DNA of 64,000 nt from an uncultured Ruminococcus sp. (GCA_902768825.1 CACXMR010000004.1:14241-78240); one strand, 5' to 3'. Positions 25,790 through 34,355 are shown, counted from the first letter of the stretch. Notes: a model not told the origin generated them from the letters alone. Numbers and translations: made by a program.

Positions 25790-27532
25790 ATGGAGCGAAG
25801 CGGAAGACTGATCAATCATAAATATAACGAATATTTCTTTACAACGCTGGCAATGAGCGGATGTGCTTCCATTGCCTCGATCGTGGACAGGATCATGGTC
25901 GGGCACCTTTTGACTGCCAATGACCTGAATGCTACCAACCTTATAGGTCCGCTGATCTACATACTTAATATGATTTTCGGATTATTCATCTATGGCGGAA
26001 ATACGCTGGCTGTGACCTATAAGGGAAAACGAGATCAAAAAACAGCTAACAAATGCTTCACAATTTCAATTATTGTCGGATCCGGCTTTATGGCCGTTTT
26101 TGCGATAGTAGGCCTGATTTTGCAGGCTCCTCTTTCCTATTGGCTCTGCTCAGGTAAGGAGGAATTATTAAAACCTGTTTCAGATTACCTTATCCCTGTA
26201 TTGTTCCTGGGAATCCCTATGATATTGCTTAACGGCACGTCTGCTTTCGTCAGAGTAGACGGTCTGCGAAAGCTTGCCATTGCAATGCCAATTGTTTCCA
26301 ACGCTATAAACCTACTGCTGGATTACGTTTTTATGGGGGTATTAAAGCTTGGCATTGCCGGAGCCGGCTGGGCAACAAACATCGGTTTTACTGCGGCACT
26401 GGTTCTGCTGATACCCTATTTCCGCTCACAAAAGCGCACTGTGTTCTTTACTAAGGTCGGGTTAAAGGATATCCGTCTGATGTTCAACGCCTTTCATCTG
26501 GGGCTTGCAACGGCAATGATGTATCTTTGTATGTTCATCAAAACAAAATTCCTCAATACGATAGTTCTTGGTGTGCTGGGTGCAGTAGGCGGTCAGATCC
26601 TTGTGGTGTGCGCATCTGTAACCAGTGTAGCAAATATCTTCTTTACGGGAACTGCTCAGACAATGCTGCCTATCAACGGCGCACTGTACGGTGCAAAGGA
26701 TTATAAAGGCATCCGTCAGCTTTTCAAACGTGCGATGATCGTGATGGAGATCATCTGTGTTGCCATAATGGTTGTGTTTATGCTGTTTCCCATTCAGACC
26801 GGTGCGGTGTTTAATGTCACAAGTCCCGAAGCTCAGGAGCTTTTGCCCGGAGCAATTTTCCTGTTCTCACTTTGTGTTCCTCCCACGGGTATGCTGTTCA
26901 TCCTCCGCTCTCATTATCAGTCAACCGGTCACCGTAACGCAGCAACGGTGCTGACCATTCTGGAAGGAACGGTTTTCTTTATTCCCGTGCTCTGGATACT
27001 GTCTCTGATTGATCCCAATCTTGTCTGGCTGTGCCACGTTATCTCTATCCTATTGGCAATTGTATCCGTTTTGCTTGTAATGGGAATAATCGCAAAACGA
27101 AAAGGAAGGTCTGCTTTTTTGCTGCTGCCTAAGCAGGAGGACGGAGATATTATTGATTTCAGCATCGAAAACAACGTGGACTCGGCTGTAGAAGCGTCTC
27201 ACAAGGTAGTCGATTACTGCAAGGAAAGAGGCGTTGAGGCTGATGTTGCAAACAAAATCGGTGTTTCTGTTGAGGAGCTGTGCGTAAATACAGCACAGTA
27301 CGCCGCAAGCTCTAAATCTGATATGGTGGATATTTTCGTGAATATCACGCCCGAAGCGGTTATTCTTAAGGTGCGGGATAACGGAAAGATATTCAATCCC
27401 ACGGAGTATATTAATAATTCCGGCGAGATGATAACCGGACTAAAACTGATAAGAAGCATTAGCTCAAAAGTAGAATATAACCGTGTTATCGGCTTTAACA
27501 CCACAATCGTCACGATTAACAGAAGGAAATAA
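25790..27532 (+). CDS. MATE-family efflux transporter fused to a C-terminal SpoIIAB/RsbW-like HATPase (anti-sigma-factor kinase-like) domain
   Basis: About 450 aa of MATE-like polytopic region, then ~130 aa (nt ~27143-27529) with N-box-like VSVEELCVNTAQYA, G1-like LKVRDNGKIF and G2-like EMITGLKLI. AAGGTGG RBS upstream of the ATG at 25790. Confidence 0.75.
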   Translation: MERSGRLINHKYNEYFFTTLAMSGCASIASIVDRIMVGHLLTANDLNATNLIGPLIYILNMIFGLFIYGGNTLAVTYKGKRDQKTANKCFTISIIVGSGFMAVFAIVGLILQAPLSYWLCSGKEELLKPVSDYLIPVLFLGIPMILLNGTSAFVRVDGLRKLAIAMPIVSNAINLLLDYVFMGVLKLGIAGAGWATNIGFTAALVLLIPYFRSQKRTVFFTKVGLKDIRLMFNAFHLGLATAMMYLCMFIKTKFLNTIVLGVLGAVGGQILVVCASVTSVANIFFTGTAQTMLPINGALYGAKDYKGIRQLFKRAMIVMEIICVAIMVVFMLFPIQTGAVFNVTSPEAQELLPGAIFLFSLCVPPTGMLFILRSHYQSTGHRNAATVLTILEGTVFFIPVLWILSLIDPNLVWLCHVISILLAIVSVLLVMGIIAKRKGRSAFLLLPKQEDGDIIDFSIENNVDSAVEASHKVVDYCKERGVEADVANKIGVSVEELCVNTAQYAASSKSDMVDIFVNITPEAVILKVRDNGKIFNPTEYINNSGEMITGLKLIRSISSKVEYNRVIGFNTTIVTINRRK

Positions 27533-27783
27533 TACTGTTAAAAGCATGGTACAATTCCCGATCTATACTATTGTTAAACAAGTCTGTCAGGAAAAAATCA
27601 ATTGAAGAGAGATGTTGCAAATCATAGGTGACCAGATCAAAAAAGATCGTTCAAAAAAAGGAATGTCCCAGCCGGTCGGAGCTGACAATATCATTTTCAA
27701 TTCCGGTCTCACCGATCAGGAGATCGCAGGCGGAGCAATATCCTATCAGACATCAGATATTATCTTTGATGAAAAGGCCAATG

Positions 27784-27831
27784 ACCGTCGGCAGGACAGG
27801 GTTTAACCCTTTTGCCGGCGGTGATTTTTTA
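27784..27831 (+). terminator. Intrinsic terminator in the MATE / cohesin-like spacer
   Basis: 10-bp stem ACCGTCGGCA / TGCCGGCGGT (one G-U pair) with an inner AGGG/CCCT helix, followed by GATTTTTT. Confidence 0.6.
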
Positions 27832-27840
27832 TGGATTGAT

Positions 27841-27869
27841 TTGACTCGGATATAACAAAATGGTATAAT
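27841..27869 (+). promoter_or_regulatory. Strong sigma-A promoter of the cohesin-like gene
   Basis: TTGACT (27841-27846), 17-nt spacer ending in TGG (extended -10), TATAAT (27864-27869). Confidence 0.65.
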
Positions 27870-27953
27870 TATGGAAGCACTTAGCAGTCCGTTTTTTTCA
27901 AGCACTACTATCAAGTCCAAAATAGCGTTATTCTGACATGGAGAGGTGATCAC

Positions 27954-28721
27954 ATGAGATTCCTGAAGCAATTTGCAATAATATGCACATTGTTTTGCCT
28001 CCTTATGCCGCTGACACTTTCATGCCTTGCTTCCGAACCTGAGCTTGACATCTATATCGACCAGGCTGACTACACAGTCCGTGCCGATATATCAACAGTC
28101 AACGTAAATGTCCTTGCATTTCTCCCATACGGAGTTGCTGAAGGTACGTTTCACTATGACCCGAAGCTCCTGACTCTAAAGAATGTCAAATACAACAAGC
28201 AGGCCCTGGAACTCTCATTCCATGAAAGCGAGAACGAAAAAGGCATTATCAAAATATGTTGCTACGGCAAGGTGCCGATGGAGAGCCCGGAAACAATTTG
28301 TTTTGTGTTTAATGCCGACAGCTCATACAACGGAACAAGTGAGTTTGCTCTTGGAGAGTTTACACTTTGCGACGACGAGCAAAATATTACCATCCTACGG
28401 CCTGAGGCACCTCTTGTTCTCAGATTTGAAAAGAACGCAGTAGCTGTTAATTCACAAATCAGTTCCGACAATAGCAGAAAGACTGTGAGCAAGAGTGCCT
28501 CTAAGGATTCCTCGCTCAATTCTTCCTCAAAGAAAACGAGTGCCGCAGTTACAGATGCCGATGCAAGCAAAAGCTCTCAGCGTGAAAAGGACATCTACGT
28601 TTTCCATGACAATGACAATTCCGAAAACATTATCATTTACCTATTGATCGGGCTGATTGCCGTTATCATATTATCATCAGTAATAAGTGTTTTCCGCTCA
28701 AGAAACAAAAACAGCAAATAA
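27954..28721 (+). CDS. Secreted, C-terminally membrane-anchored protein with a cohesin-like domain and Ser-rich linker
   Basis: Signal peptide. About 140 aa resembling type-I cohesin strands (GVAEGTFHYDPKLLTLKNV, GIIKICCYG). Ser-rich low-complexity linker. Terminal TM helix IIIYLLIGLIAVIILSSVISVF. Confidence 0.45.
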   Translation: MRFLKQFAIICTLFCLLMPLTLSCLASEPELDIYIDQADYTVRADISTVNVNVLAFLPYGVAEGTFHYDPKLLTLKNVKYNKQALELSFHESENEKGIIKICCYGKVPMESPETICFVFNADSSYNGTSEFALGEFTLCDDEQNITILRPEAPLVLRFEKNAVAVNSQISSDNSRKTVSKSASKDSSLNSSSKKTSAAVTDADASKSSQREKDIYVFHDNDNSENIIIYLLIGLIAVIILSSVISVFRSRNKNSK

Positions 28722-28723
28722 AT

Positions 28724-28756
28724 AAGCGTTCCATGACTTTTTATCGTGGAACGCTT
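28724..28756. terminator. Bidirectional terminator between the cohesin-like gene and queF
   Basis: 12-bp stem AAGCGTTCCATG / CGTGGAACGCTT. T-rich on the + side and TATTTATTT on the minus side. Confidence 0.8.
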
Positions 28757-28759
28757 GTT

Positions 28760-29257
28760 TTATCGGTTTCTGATAGTCTCCGGGTATAGATCGTGGGTTG
28801 AAAGCCTTTCCCAGGCGAGCTTTTCATACTTTGTACCGGGTTTGCCATAGTTACAGTAGGGATCTATGGATATTCCGCCACGAGGCAGGAATTTTCCCCA
28901 GACCTCAATGTATTTCGGGTCCATAAGAGCGATCAGGTCCTTCATGATTATATTCACGCAGTCCTCGTGGAAATCCCCGTGATTTCGGAAGCTGAACAGA
29001 TACAGCTTTAACGACTTGCTCTCTACCATAAGCTTATCAGGTATGTAGGATATATAAATGCAGGCAAAATCCGGCTGTCCGGTAATAGGACACAGGCTTG
29101 TAAACTCAGGACAATTAAACTTTACAAAGTAATCGTTGTCCGGATGCTTATTCTGAAATGTCTCAAGCACCTCAGGGGTATACTCAAAGCCGTAGGAGAC
29201 ATTTTTATTTCCAAGCAGTGTGATGCTGTTTCTCTCTGATTCCCTTGATTTTTCCAA
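28760..29257 (-). CDS. queF: NADPH-dependent 7-cyano-7-deazaguanine (preQ0) reductase
   Basis: Collinear with unimodular QueF as I recall it. QueF motif [16 protein letters not shown] and Cys-containing [17 protein letters not shown] start at 29257, 6 nt after GGAGGAGG. The track start at 29311 overlaps queC. Confidence 0.9.
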   Translation of the reverse strand: MEKSRESERNSITLLGNKNVSYGFEYTPEVLETFQNKHPDNDYFVKFNCPEFTSLCPITGQPDFACIYISYIPDKLMVESKSLKLYLFSFRNHGDFHEDCVNIIMKDLIALMDPKYIEVWGKFLPRGGISIDPYCNYGKPGTKYEKLAWERLSTHDLYPETIRNR

Positions 29258-29258
29258 A

Positions 29259-29948
29259 TTAATCCTCCTCCCGAAATGCCGGGTCCTCGATACCGTTTGC
29301 CCTGAAAGCATTCAGTCTGTCACGGCAGGTGCCACACAGTCCGCAAGGCTTATCCCCGCCCTCATAACAGCTCCAGGTCATCTCATAGGGCACTCCTATT
29401 TTCAGCCCCTCTGCAACCACCTGGGCTTTTGTCATGCCAATAAACGGCGCAACTATCCTTAATTGCTCACCGCTGCCTACATAAACAGCCCGTCCGATGG
29501 AGTCGTTAAACTCACTGCTGCAATCCGGATATGCATTGCCTGCGGCATCATCACTGTGAGCACCGTACCATATTTCTGTGCAGCCGTTTGACAGTGCAAT
29601 GGCTGCCGCACATGAAATAAACAAACCGTTTCTGAAGGGAACGTATGTTGACACCGGCTTGCCCTCTCTTTTGTCAAGCTGATCCTTATAGCTTTCCTTG
29701 GGCACCTCTTCTGTGCTTGATGACAACAACGAGCAGTCAGAGCCCTCGAATATTCCTGCAAGATCAAGGGACCTGAGCCTGACAGAATAATAGTCCGCTA
29801 TTTTTTTGGCAGATTCAAGCTCACGGGTGTGCTTTTGTCCATAACCGATGGAAAGGGCGAGAACCTGCTCCGATCCGTATTTATCTATTGCCAGTGCAAG
29901 AGCCGTTGTGCTGTCAACACCACCGCTGAATAATACAAGCGCTTTCAT
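29259..29948 (-). CDS. queC: 7-cyano-7-deazaguanine synthase
   Basis: PP-loop [14 protein letters not shown]-terminal Zn cluster [10 protein letters not shown]. Confidence 0.92.
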   Translation of the reverse strand: MKALVLFSGGVDSTTALALAIDKYGSEQVLALSIGYGQKHTRELESAKKIADYYSVRLRSLDLAGIFEGSDCSLLSSSTEEVPKESYKDQLDKREGKPVSTYVPFRNGLFISCAAAIALSNGCTEIWYGAHSDDAAGNAYPDCSSEFNDSIGRAVYVGSGEQLRIVAPFIGMTKAQVVAEGLKIGVPYEMTWSCYEGGDKPCGLCGTCRDRLNAFRANGIEDPAFREED

Positions 29949-29965
29949 TTCTTCATCCCCGATCC

Positions 29966-30535
29966 TCAATCAAACTTAACATATTGTCTTAGCTCTTTCT
30001 CTGTTTTGAACCTTCCCTTAAAGGTAGCCGTAAGGGTTTTTGCCGAAGCGTTTTTGATACCCCTGGCGGTCATACAGCTGTGGCAGCCGGATATCATAAC
30101 AGCCACATCCTCTGTTCCCGCAGCCTCGGAAATAATATCAGCAATATCCTTTCCCAGCTTCTCCTGGAGCTGCAGACGCTTTGCCGCCATCTCACAGATC
30201 CTTGCTATCTTGCTCAGACCAAGAACCTTGCCCTTTGGGATATACGCCACATTGACCTTCATATCATACATAAGTGCAAGATGATGCTCACAATAGCTGA
30301 AAACCGTTATATCCTTCTCAACGATTATGCTGTCCTCGTCATATCCGTCTGGTGCATCAAAAACCTTTCCAAACATGACCGCTATATCGTGGTTTGAATA
30401 TGCTGTGCCTTCAAGGACCTCGGCAAGCATTCTTGCAACTCTCTCAGGGGTTTCCCTCAGACCTTCACGGTCAGGATCCTCCCCTATTGCTTCCAGCAAG
30501 CCCCTCACATGATATTCTATCGCTTTTTTATCCAT
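29966..30535 (-). CDS. folE: GTP cyclohydrolase I
   Basis: GEDPDREGLRETPERVA, SYCEHHL and HSCMTARG motifs. 189 aa. Confidence 0.92.
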   Translation of the reverse strand: MDKKAIEYHVRGLLEAIGEDPDREGLRETPERVARMLAEVLEGTAYSNHDIAVMFGKVFDAPDGYDEDSIIVEKDITVFSYCEHHLALMYDMKVNVAYIPKGKVLGLSKIARICEMAAKRLQLQEKLGKDIADIISEAAGTEDVAVMISGCHSCMTARGIKNASAKTLTATFKGRFKTEKELRQYVKFD

Positions 30536-30539
30536 TCTC

Positions 30540-31199
30540 TCACACTCCTCTTTTATCAGGGTCCCAGATAAACTTGTGCATCTGGAGCTGCAGTCTTACA
30601 TGGTTCATGTTATTGCTTATCAGGTAGCTTACGATCTCCGCAGGAGAAATGCTCCCGAATACAGGGCTGATAAACACATGGCACCTGTTTGTAAGGTCAT
30701 ATTCCTCGATGATTTGCTTTGCTCTGTCAAGATCCTCTTTAGTGCCGGACACGAATTTTACGCTGTCATGCCTGCCCAACACTTGGAAATTGCTTTTATT
30801 CATTGCCTTTTCCATTCCACTGGAAGGAAGCTTATAATCCATGGTATAGCATACACGCTCCCTGTTTTTGAAGCATTCCGCCAGCTCGATACTCCCGTTT
30901 GTTTCGATCTCAACACGGCAGCCCAAAGCTGCAAGACTATCAATTATGGGAACAATATCCTCCTGCAGCAGCGGTTCGCCGCCCGTAAGGGTAACATTAT
31001 TACAAGCGGTCTGTCTGATCCATTCCGTCAGCTGCTCTACACTTTCCTCTGTATAAGGCACATCATCGCAGTTTGCCCATCTGGTATCACAATAGGAGCA
31101 GTTGAGATTGCATCCCTTAAACCGGATAAAGGCAGCTATTTCACCTGCGTGAGGACCTTCGCCGTTAATGCTTACAAATTTTTCTACGACCTTAGCCAT
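30540..31199 (-). CDS. queE: 7-carboxy-7-deazaguanine synthase (radical SAM)
   Basis: SINGEGPHAG and the CNLNCSYCDT radical-SAM cluster. AAGGAGG 5 nt before the ATG at 31199. The track GTG at 31217 overlaps the queD stop. Confidence 0.9.
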   Translation of the reverse strand: MAKVVEKFVSINGEGPHAGEIAAFIRFKGCNLNCSYCDTRWANCDDVPYTEESVEQLTEWIRQTACNNVTLTGGEPLLQEDIVPIIDSLAALGCRVEIETNGSIELAECFKNRERVCYTMDYKLPSSGMEKAMNKSNFQVLGRHDSVKFVSGTKEDLDRAKQIIEEYDLTNRCHVFISPVFGSISPAEIVSYLISNNMNHVRLQLQMHKFIWDPDKRGV

Positions 31200-31213
31200 A
31201 ACTGCCTCCTTAG

Positions 31214-31633
31214 TCACCTTTCATAGGAAGCACAGTTTTGAGGCGTCTCATAAACAGTCACCTTTATTACCGGCAGTCCTCTTTTATTCAGTTCCTCAAA
31301 AAACATCCTTGCAAGGTTCTCAGCTGTCGGACGACAGGGGATCTCAATTATACGAAATCCCTCTTCCATGAGAGCTGCGAAAGTTTTGCTTTTTAATGAA
31401 CCCTTTTCAATTATGAGTGCGTGGTCATAGCCGTCAGCAATAGCTCTGACCTCTCTTTTCAGATCTCCGAAATCAATAAGCATTCCTCTCTTATCGCCTT
31501 GCGCACAGAGACTCTCTCCTGCCACTTCAGCTTCTATCAGCCAGCGATGTCCATGGATATTGGCACATTTTCCCTCATATCCTGACAAAAAATGCGCACT
31601 GTCAAAAGCTGCACTGGTTTTAAGAGTATACAT
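31214..31633 (-). CDS. queD: 6-carboxy-5,6,7,8-tetrahydropterin synthase
   Basis: FDSAHFL...CANIHGHRW motif. The start at ATG 31633 (MYTLKTSAAF) is preferred because the track start at 31681 lies inside a terminator hairpin. Confidence 0.88.
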   Translation of the reverse strand: MYTLKTSAAFDSAHFLSGYEGKCANIHGHRWLIEAEVAGESLCAQGDKRGMLIDFGDLKREVRAIADGYDHALIIEKGSLKSKTFAALMEEGFRIIEIPCRPTAENLARMFFEELNKRGLPVIKVTVYETPQNCASYER

Positions 31634-31644
31634 TTCATCACCCC

Positions 31645-31678
31645 AAAAAATAAAGCGCCTGCAGTCAGCAAGCGCTTT
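31645..31678 (-). terminator. Second terminator-like hairpin in the que leader
   Basis: AAAGCGC (31678-31672) / GCGCTTT (31658-31652) with a 13-nt loop, then ATTTTTT. Lies 12 nt before the queD ATG region. Confidence 0.6.
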
Positions 31679-31700
31679 CATCGTTGTATATCAGGTACAG

Positions 31701-31736
31701 CAAAACAGGCACACACCTCATCAGCGTGTGCAGCCC
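31701..31736 (-). terminator. Expression-platform terminator of the preQ1 riboswitch
   Basis: GGCTGCACAC...GTGTGTGCC stem followed by TGTTTTG. Its 5' arm overlaps the 3' tail (ACCAGGG) of the aptamer. Confidence 0.65.
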
Positions 31737-31777
31737 TGGTTTTGTTTAACGACAGGATGGCGCAAGCGAACTGTCCT
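31734..31777 (-). promoter_or_regulatory. preQ1-I riboswitch aptamer
   Basis: Minus-strand RNA is GGACAG UUCGCUUGCGCCAUC CUGUC GUUAAACAAAACCAGGG. It has a 5-bp P1, a loop beginning UUC, and an A-rich tail very like the Thermoanaerobacter aptamer tail as I recall it (UUAACAAAACAAGG). Sits upstream of a queuosine-precursor operon. Confidence 0.75.
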
Positions 31778-31797
31778 ATTCAACTATTCACCCATTA

Positions 31798-31825
31798 ATT
31801 ATAACATACATGAGTTTTTTGTCAA
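31798..31825 (-). promoter_or_regulatory. que operon promoter
   Basis: Minus strand: TTGACA (31825-31820), 16-nt spacer, TATAAT (31803-31798). Confidence 0.7.
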
Positions 31826-31861
31826 GACGTGAAAGCTGGTTTCAAGCTCCCCTCGGCTTAT

Positions 31862-31897
31862 CAACAAAGAAACAAAGCGCCCCAAACGGAGCGCTTT
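31862..31897 (-). terminator. glgB terminator
   Basis: AAAGCGCTCC / GGGGCGCTTT stem (one mismatch) with a 4-nt loop. T-rich tail GTTTCTTTGTT on the minus strand. Confidence 0.65.
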
Positions 31898-31906
31898 AAA
31901 GAATCA

Positions 31907-33685
31907 TCATTCCTCAATAGCAAGAAGTGCTGCTGAATAAGGCGGAAGGTTGCTGATAAGCTTTTGACCTGCGAGGGTAAAGAGCTCATGGGGCGCCGCA
32001 ATACTGCCACCAAATCTGACATCCTCTGAACAGAGCAATAGCTTTGCATTCTTTACCTTTTCAAGCTCAAGGGTATAGCCCGACTGAACAGTATTTCCGA
32101 AATTGAACAGTGCAAGCAGAGTTTCCTTCTTGCTGCGGCGTATGACAGCATAGATAAGCCTTGATTCCTGGTGGCAATCAGCCCATTCAAAGCCTGAATC
32201 AGAATAGTCATCCTCATACATAGCCGGATGCTCCAGATAAGCATTGTTAAGAGCGATCATATATTCGTTGAAGGTCTTATGCTTGAAATCCTCCAGCAGG
32301 AAAAAGTCAAGCTCTCTCTTTTCATCCCACTCACGGAGCTGCCCAAGCTCATTGCCCATAAAATTGAGCTGTTTTCCGGGATGGGTGAGCATATACATAT
32401 ACAGAGCTTTTGCCTGGCTGAGCTTTTCATACTGCGAGCCATACATCTTGTTTACTATAGTGCCCTTACAGTGAACAACCTCGTCGTGTGAAAACGGCAG
32501 GAGATACTGCTCATCACGGAAATACATCATTGAGAAGGTAAGTTTGTGATACTTTTCAACACGCTTCTCCGGCGGAAGAGCAAAATAGCTCAGTGTGTCA
32601 TTCATCCATCCCAGATCCCACTTATAGTCAAATCCGAGACCGCCTTTACTTGCGGGTGTTGTGATGCCCTTGAAGCTTGTGCTGTCCTCTGCAATGAGCA
32701 TACAGCCGGGATTCATGGTTTTAAGCTTACTGTTCATGTTTTTAACAAAATCCAGAGCGTTGCTGTTGACTCCACGCCTCTCGTCGCCCTGCCAGAATAT
32801 AATTCTGCTGATAGCATCCATTCTCAGACCGTCAAAGTGGAACTCCTTCAGCCAGTAATTTGCAGATGACTGCAGGAAGCTCTTTACTTCACCTCTCGAA
32901 TGCATGAAATTGCAGCTTCCCCACTCGCTCATTCCAACATCGTTGTTAGGATACTCATACAGTGCGGAGCCGTCATATCTTGCAAGTCCATAAGCATCCA
33001 CAGCAAAATGAACAGGAACGAAGTCAAGGATCGCACCAATGTTATTCTTGTGCAGCATATCTATAAGCTTCATCAGCTTTTCGGGTGTACCATACCTGCT
33101 GGTGGGCGCAAAATAGCCTGTTGTCTGATATCCCCAGCTCTCATCACTGGGATGCTCACAAAGGGGAAGAAACTCTACATAATTATATCCGCTCTTTAAA
33201 AGGTAAGGAATCAGCACCTCACCAAGCTGCTCATAATCATACCAGCTATCAGGGGCACTGCCGGGCTTTTTAAAAGAGCCTGCATGGAGCTCATAAATAT
33301 TCAGCGGCTTTTTGAGCATATCAGAACGTTTCTTCATCCAGTCACCGTCTTTGAATGTGTATGACGAAAGGTCAACTGTGATTGAACGATGATTCGGACG
33401 AAGCTCCATTGAATAGCCGTAGGGATCACAGTGATCAACCTGACCGTTGTTGCCGCGAATACGATATTCATACTTTGTACCCACCGGAAGATTCTCTACG
33501 CTGATCTCGTAGAACTGACCGTTATATACCTTCTCCATAGGGATAACCTTATCTTCAAGAACCAACTCAACTCCGGAAGCCTGCGGTGCAAACGTCCTGA
33601 AGGTAGTTTCCTCCTGGGTACAGTGAGCACCAAGCCAGTTATAAGCATCAAAGATCGCACCAGTGTAAAAACCGTAAAAATCCAT
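31907..33685 (-). CDS. glgB: 1,4-alpha-glucan (glycogen) branching enzyme, GH13
   Basis: 592 aa. N-terminal CBM48-like region and GH13 catalytic signatures (GAILDFVPVHF, FDGLRMDAI, MLIAEDST, FSHDEV). Confidence 0.92.
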   Translation of the reverse strand: MDFYGFYTGAIFDAYNWLGAHCTQEETTFRTFAPQASGVELVLEDKVIPMEKVYNGQFYEISVENLPVGTKYEYRIRGNNGQVDHCDPYGYSMELRPNHRSITVDLSSYTFKDGDWMKKRSDMLKKPLNIYELHAGSFKKPGSAPDSWYDYEQLGEVLIPYLLKSGYNYVEFLPLCEHPSDESWGYQTTGYFAPTSRYGTPEKLMKLIDMLHKNNIGAILDFVPVHFAVDAYGLARYDGSALYEYPNNDVGMSEWGSCNFMHSRGEVKSFLQSSANYWLKEFHFDGLRMDAISRIIFWQGDERRGVNSNALDFVKNMNSKLKTMNPGCMLIAEDSTSFKGITTPASKGGLGFDYKWDLGWMNDTLSYFALPPEKRVEKYHKLTFSMMYFRDEQYLLPFSHDEVVHCKGTIVNKMYGSQYEKLSQAKALYMYMLTHPGKQLNFMGNELGQLREWDEKRELDFFLLEDFKHKTFNEYMIALNNAYLEHPAMYEDDYSDSGFEWADCHQESRLIYAVIRRSKKETLLALFNFGNTVQSGYTLELEKVKNAKLLLCSEDVRFGGSIAAPHELFTLAGQKLISNLPPYSAALLAIEE

Positions 33686-33703
33686 AATTGCTCCTCCTTT
33701 TAA

Positions 33704-33732
33704 TTGACAGTGGTTTATTAATGTACTATAAT
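33704..33732 (+). promoter_or_regulatory. Promoter of the TetR gene at 33828
   Basis: TTGACA (33704-33709), 17-nt spacer, TATAAT (33727-33732). Confidence 0.65.
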
Positions 33733-33781
33733 ATATATACTACCTTTTTACGGATTTTTCAATCTACGATTTTGTACAACA

Positions 33782-33795
33782 GTCAATTAATTGAC
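33782..33795. promoter_or_regulatory. Perfect 14-bp palindrome, candidate TetR operator
   Basis: GTCAATTAATTGAC lies between the promoter and the TetR start. The half-site TAATTGACA recurs at 33701-33709, overlapping the -35. Confidence 0.55.
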
Positions 33796-33827
33796 ACTAT
33801 TCAAAAATCGTCAAGGGAGTTTTTGCC

Positions 33828-34355
33828 ATGGACATGAGAGCAATGAAAACAAAACGCAGCATCCACAACGCTTTTCTTGCCATCAGATCAAAAAAGAATC
33901 TTGAAAAAATCACCGTCAAAGAGCTTTGCGACACAGCAGAGATCAGCAAGGCAACTTTTTATCTGCATTATAAGGATATCTACGATCTGTCCGAACAGCT
34001 CCAGATGGAGGTCGTTGACAGTATTATCAGCTTCGGCAACGACCCTGAGGAGCTTATACACGACCCGCTCAGGGCATCTCACAGCATGATTAATGGTTAT
34101 ATATCCAATAAAGGTCTTGTGACTGTGCTCTTTTCCGGTTCGCAGTTTTCCAGACTGCCTGAAAAAATCGAGGATGGCATCAAACAGCATCTTTTCAGTG
34201 TCAAACCTGAGCTGAAGGATGATGTTTTCACAAATGTTAAGATCACCTACCAGCTTATGGGGAGCTTCTATGCCATTTTTGAATATGAAACAAAGTTTGG
34301 CGCCGAAAAGGTTATTGATGCCGTTGACAAAATGACCAGCCGGCTTTACGACTGA
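33828..34355 (+). CDS. TetR/AcrR-family transcriptional regulator
   Basis: HTH ITVKELCDTAEISKATFYLHYKDIYDL. Same subfamily flavour as the TetR at 9207. Confidence 0.85.
   Translation: MDMRAMKTKRSIHNAFLAIRSKKNLEKITVKELCDTAEISKATFYLHYKDIYDLSEQLQMEVVDSIISFGNDPEELIHDPLRASHSMINGYISNKGLVTVLFSGSQFSRLPEKIEDGIKQHLFSVKPELKDDVFTNVKITYQLMGSFYAIFEYETKFGAEKVIDAVDKMTSRLYD

Noticed and set aside
7997-27532. Whether the NRPS region is a horizontally acquired island bounded by mobile elements.
   Set aside because: No integrase, transposase, tRNA gene or flanking direct repeats are visible. I cannot compute GC skew or codon statistics reliably by hand, so I make no island claim.
27612-27855. Two overlapping small ORFs (64 and 75 aa). 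The first begins IIGDQIKKDRSKKGMSQ, which resembles the start of an XRE-family HTH. The second frame then reads SRSELTISFSIPVS, so together they might be a frameshifted XRE remnant.
   Set aside because: There is no usable RBS for either frame. The similarity covers under 20 residues per frame and was judged by eye only. A terminator hairpin overlaps the 3' end. It is not reportable as a gene or pseudogene without a database alignment.
30576-31226. 216-aa plus-strand ORF covering the whole of queE.
   Set aside because: It is antisense to a radical-SAM QueE with clear motifs. It has no RBS and its translation has no recognisable features.
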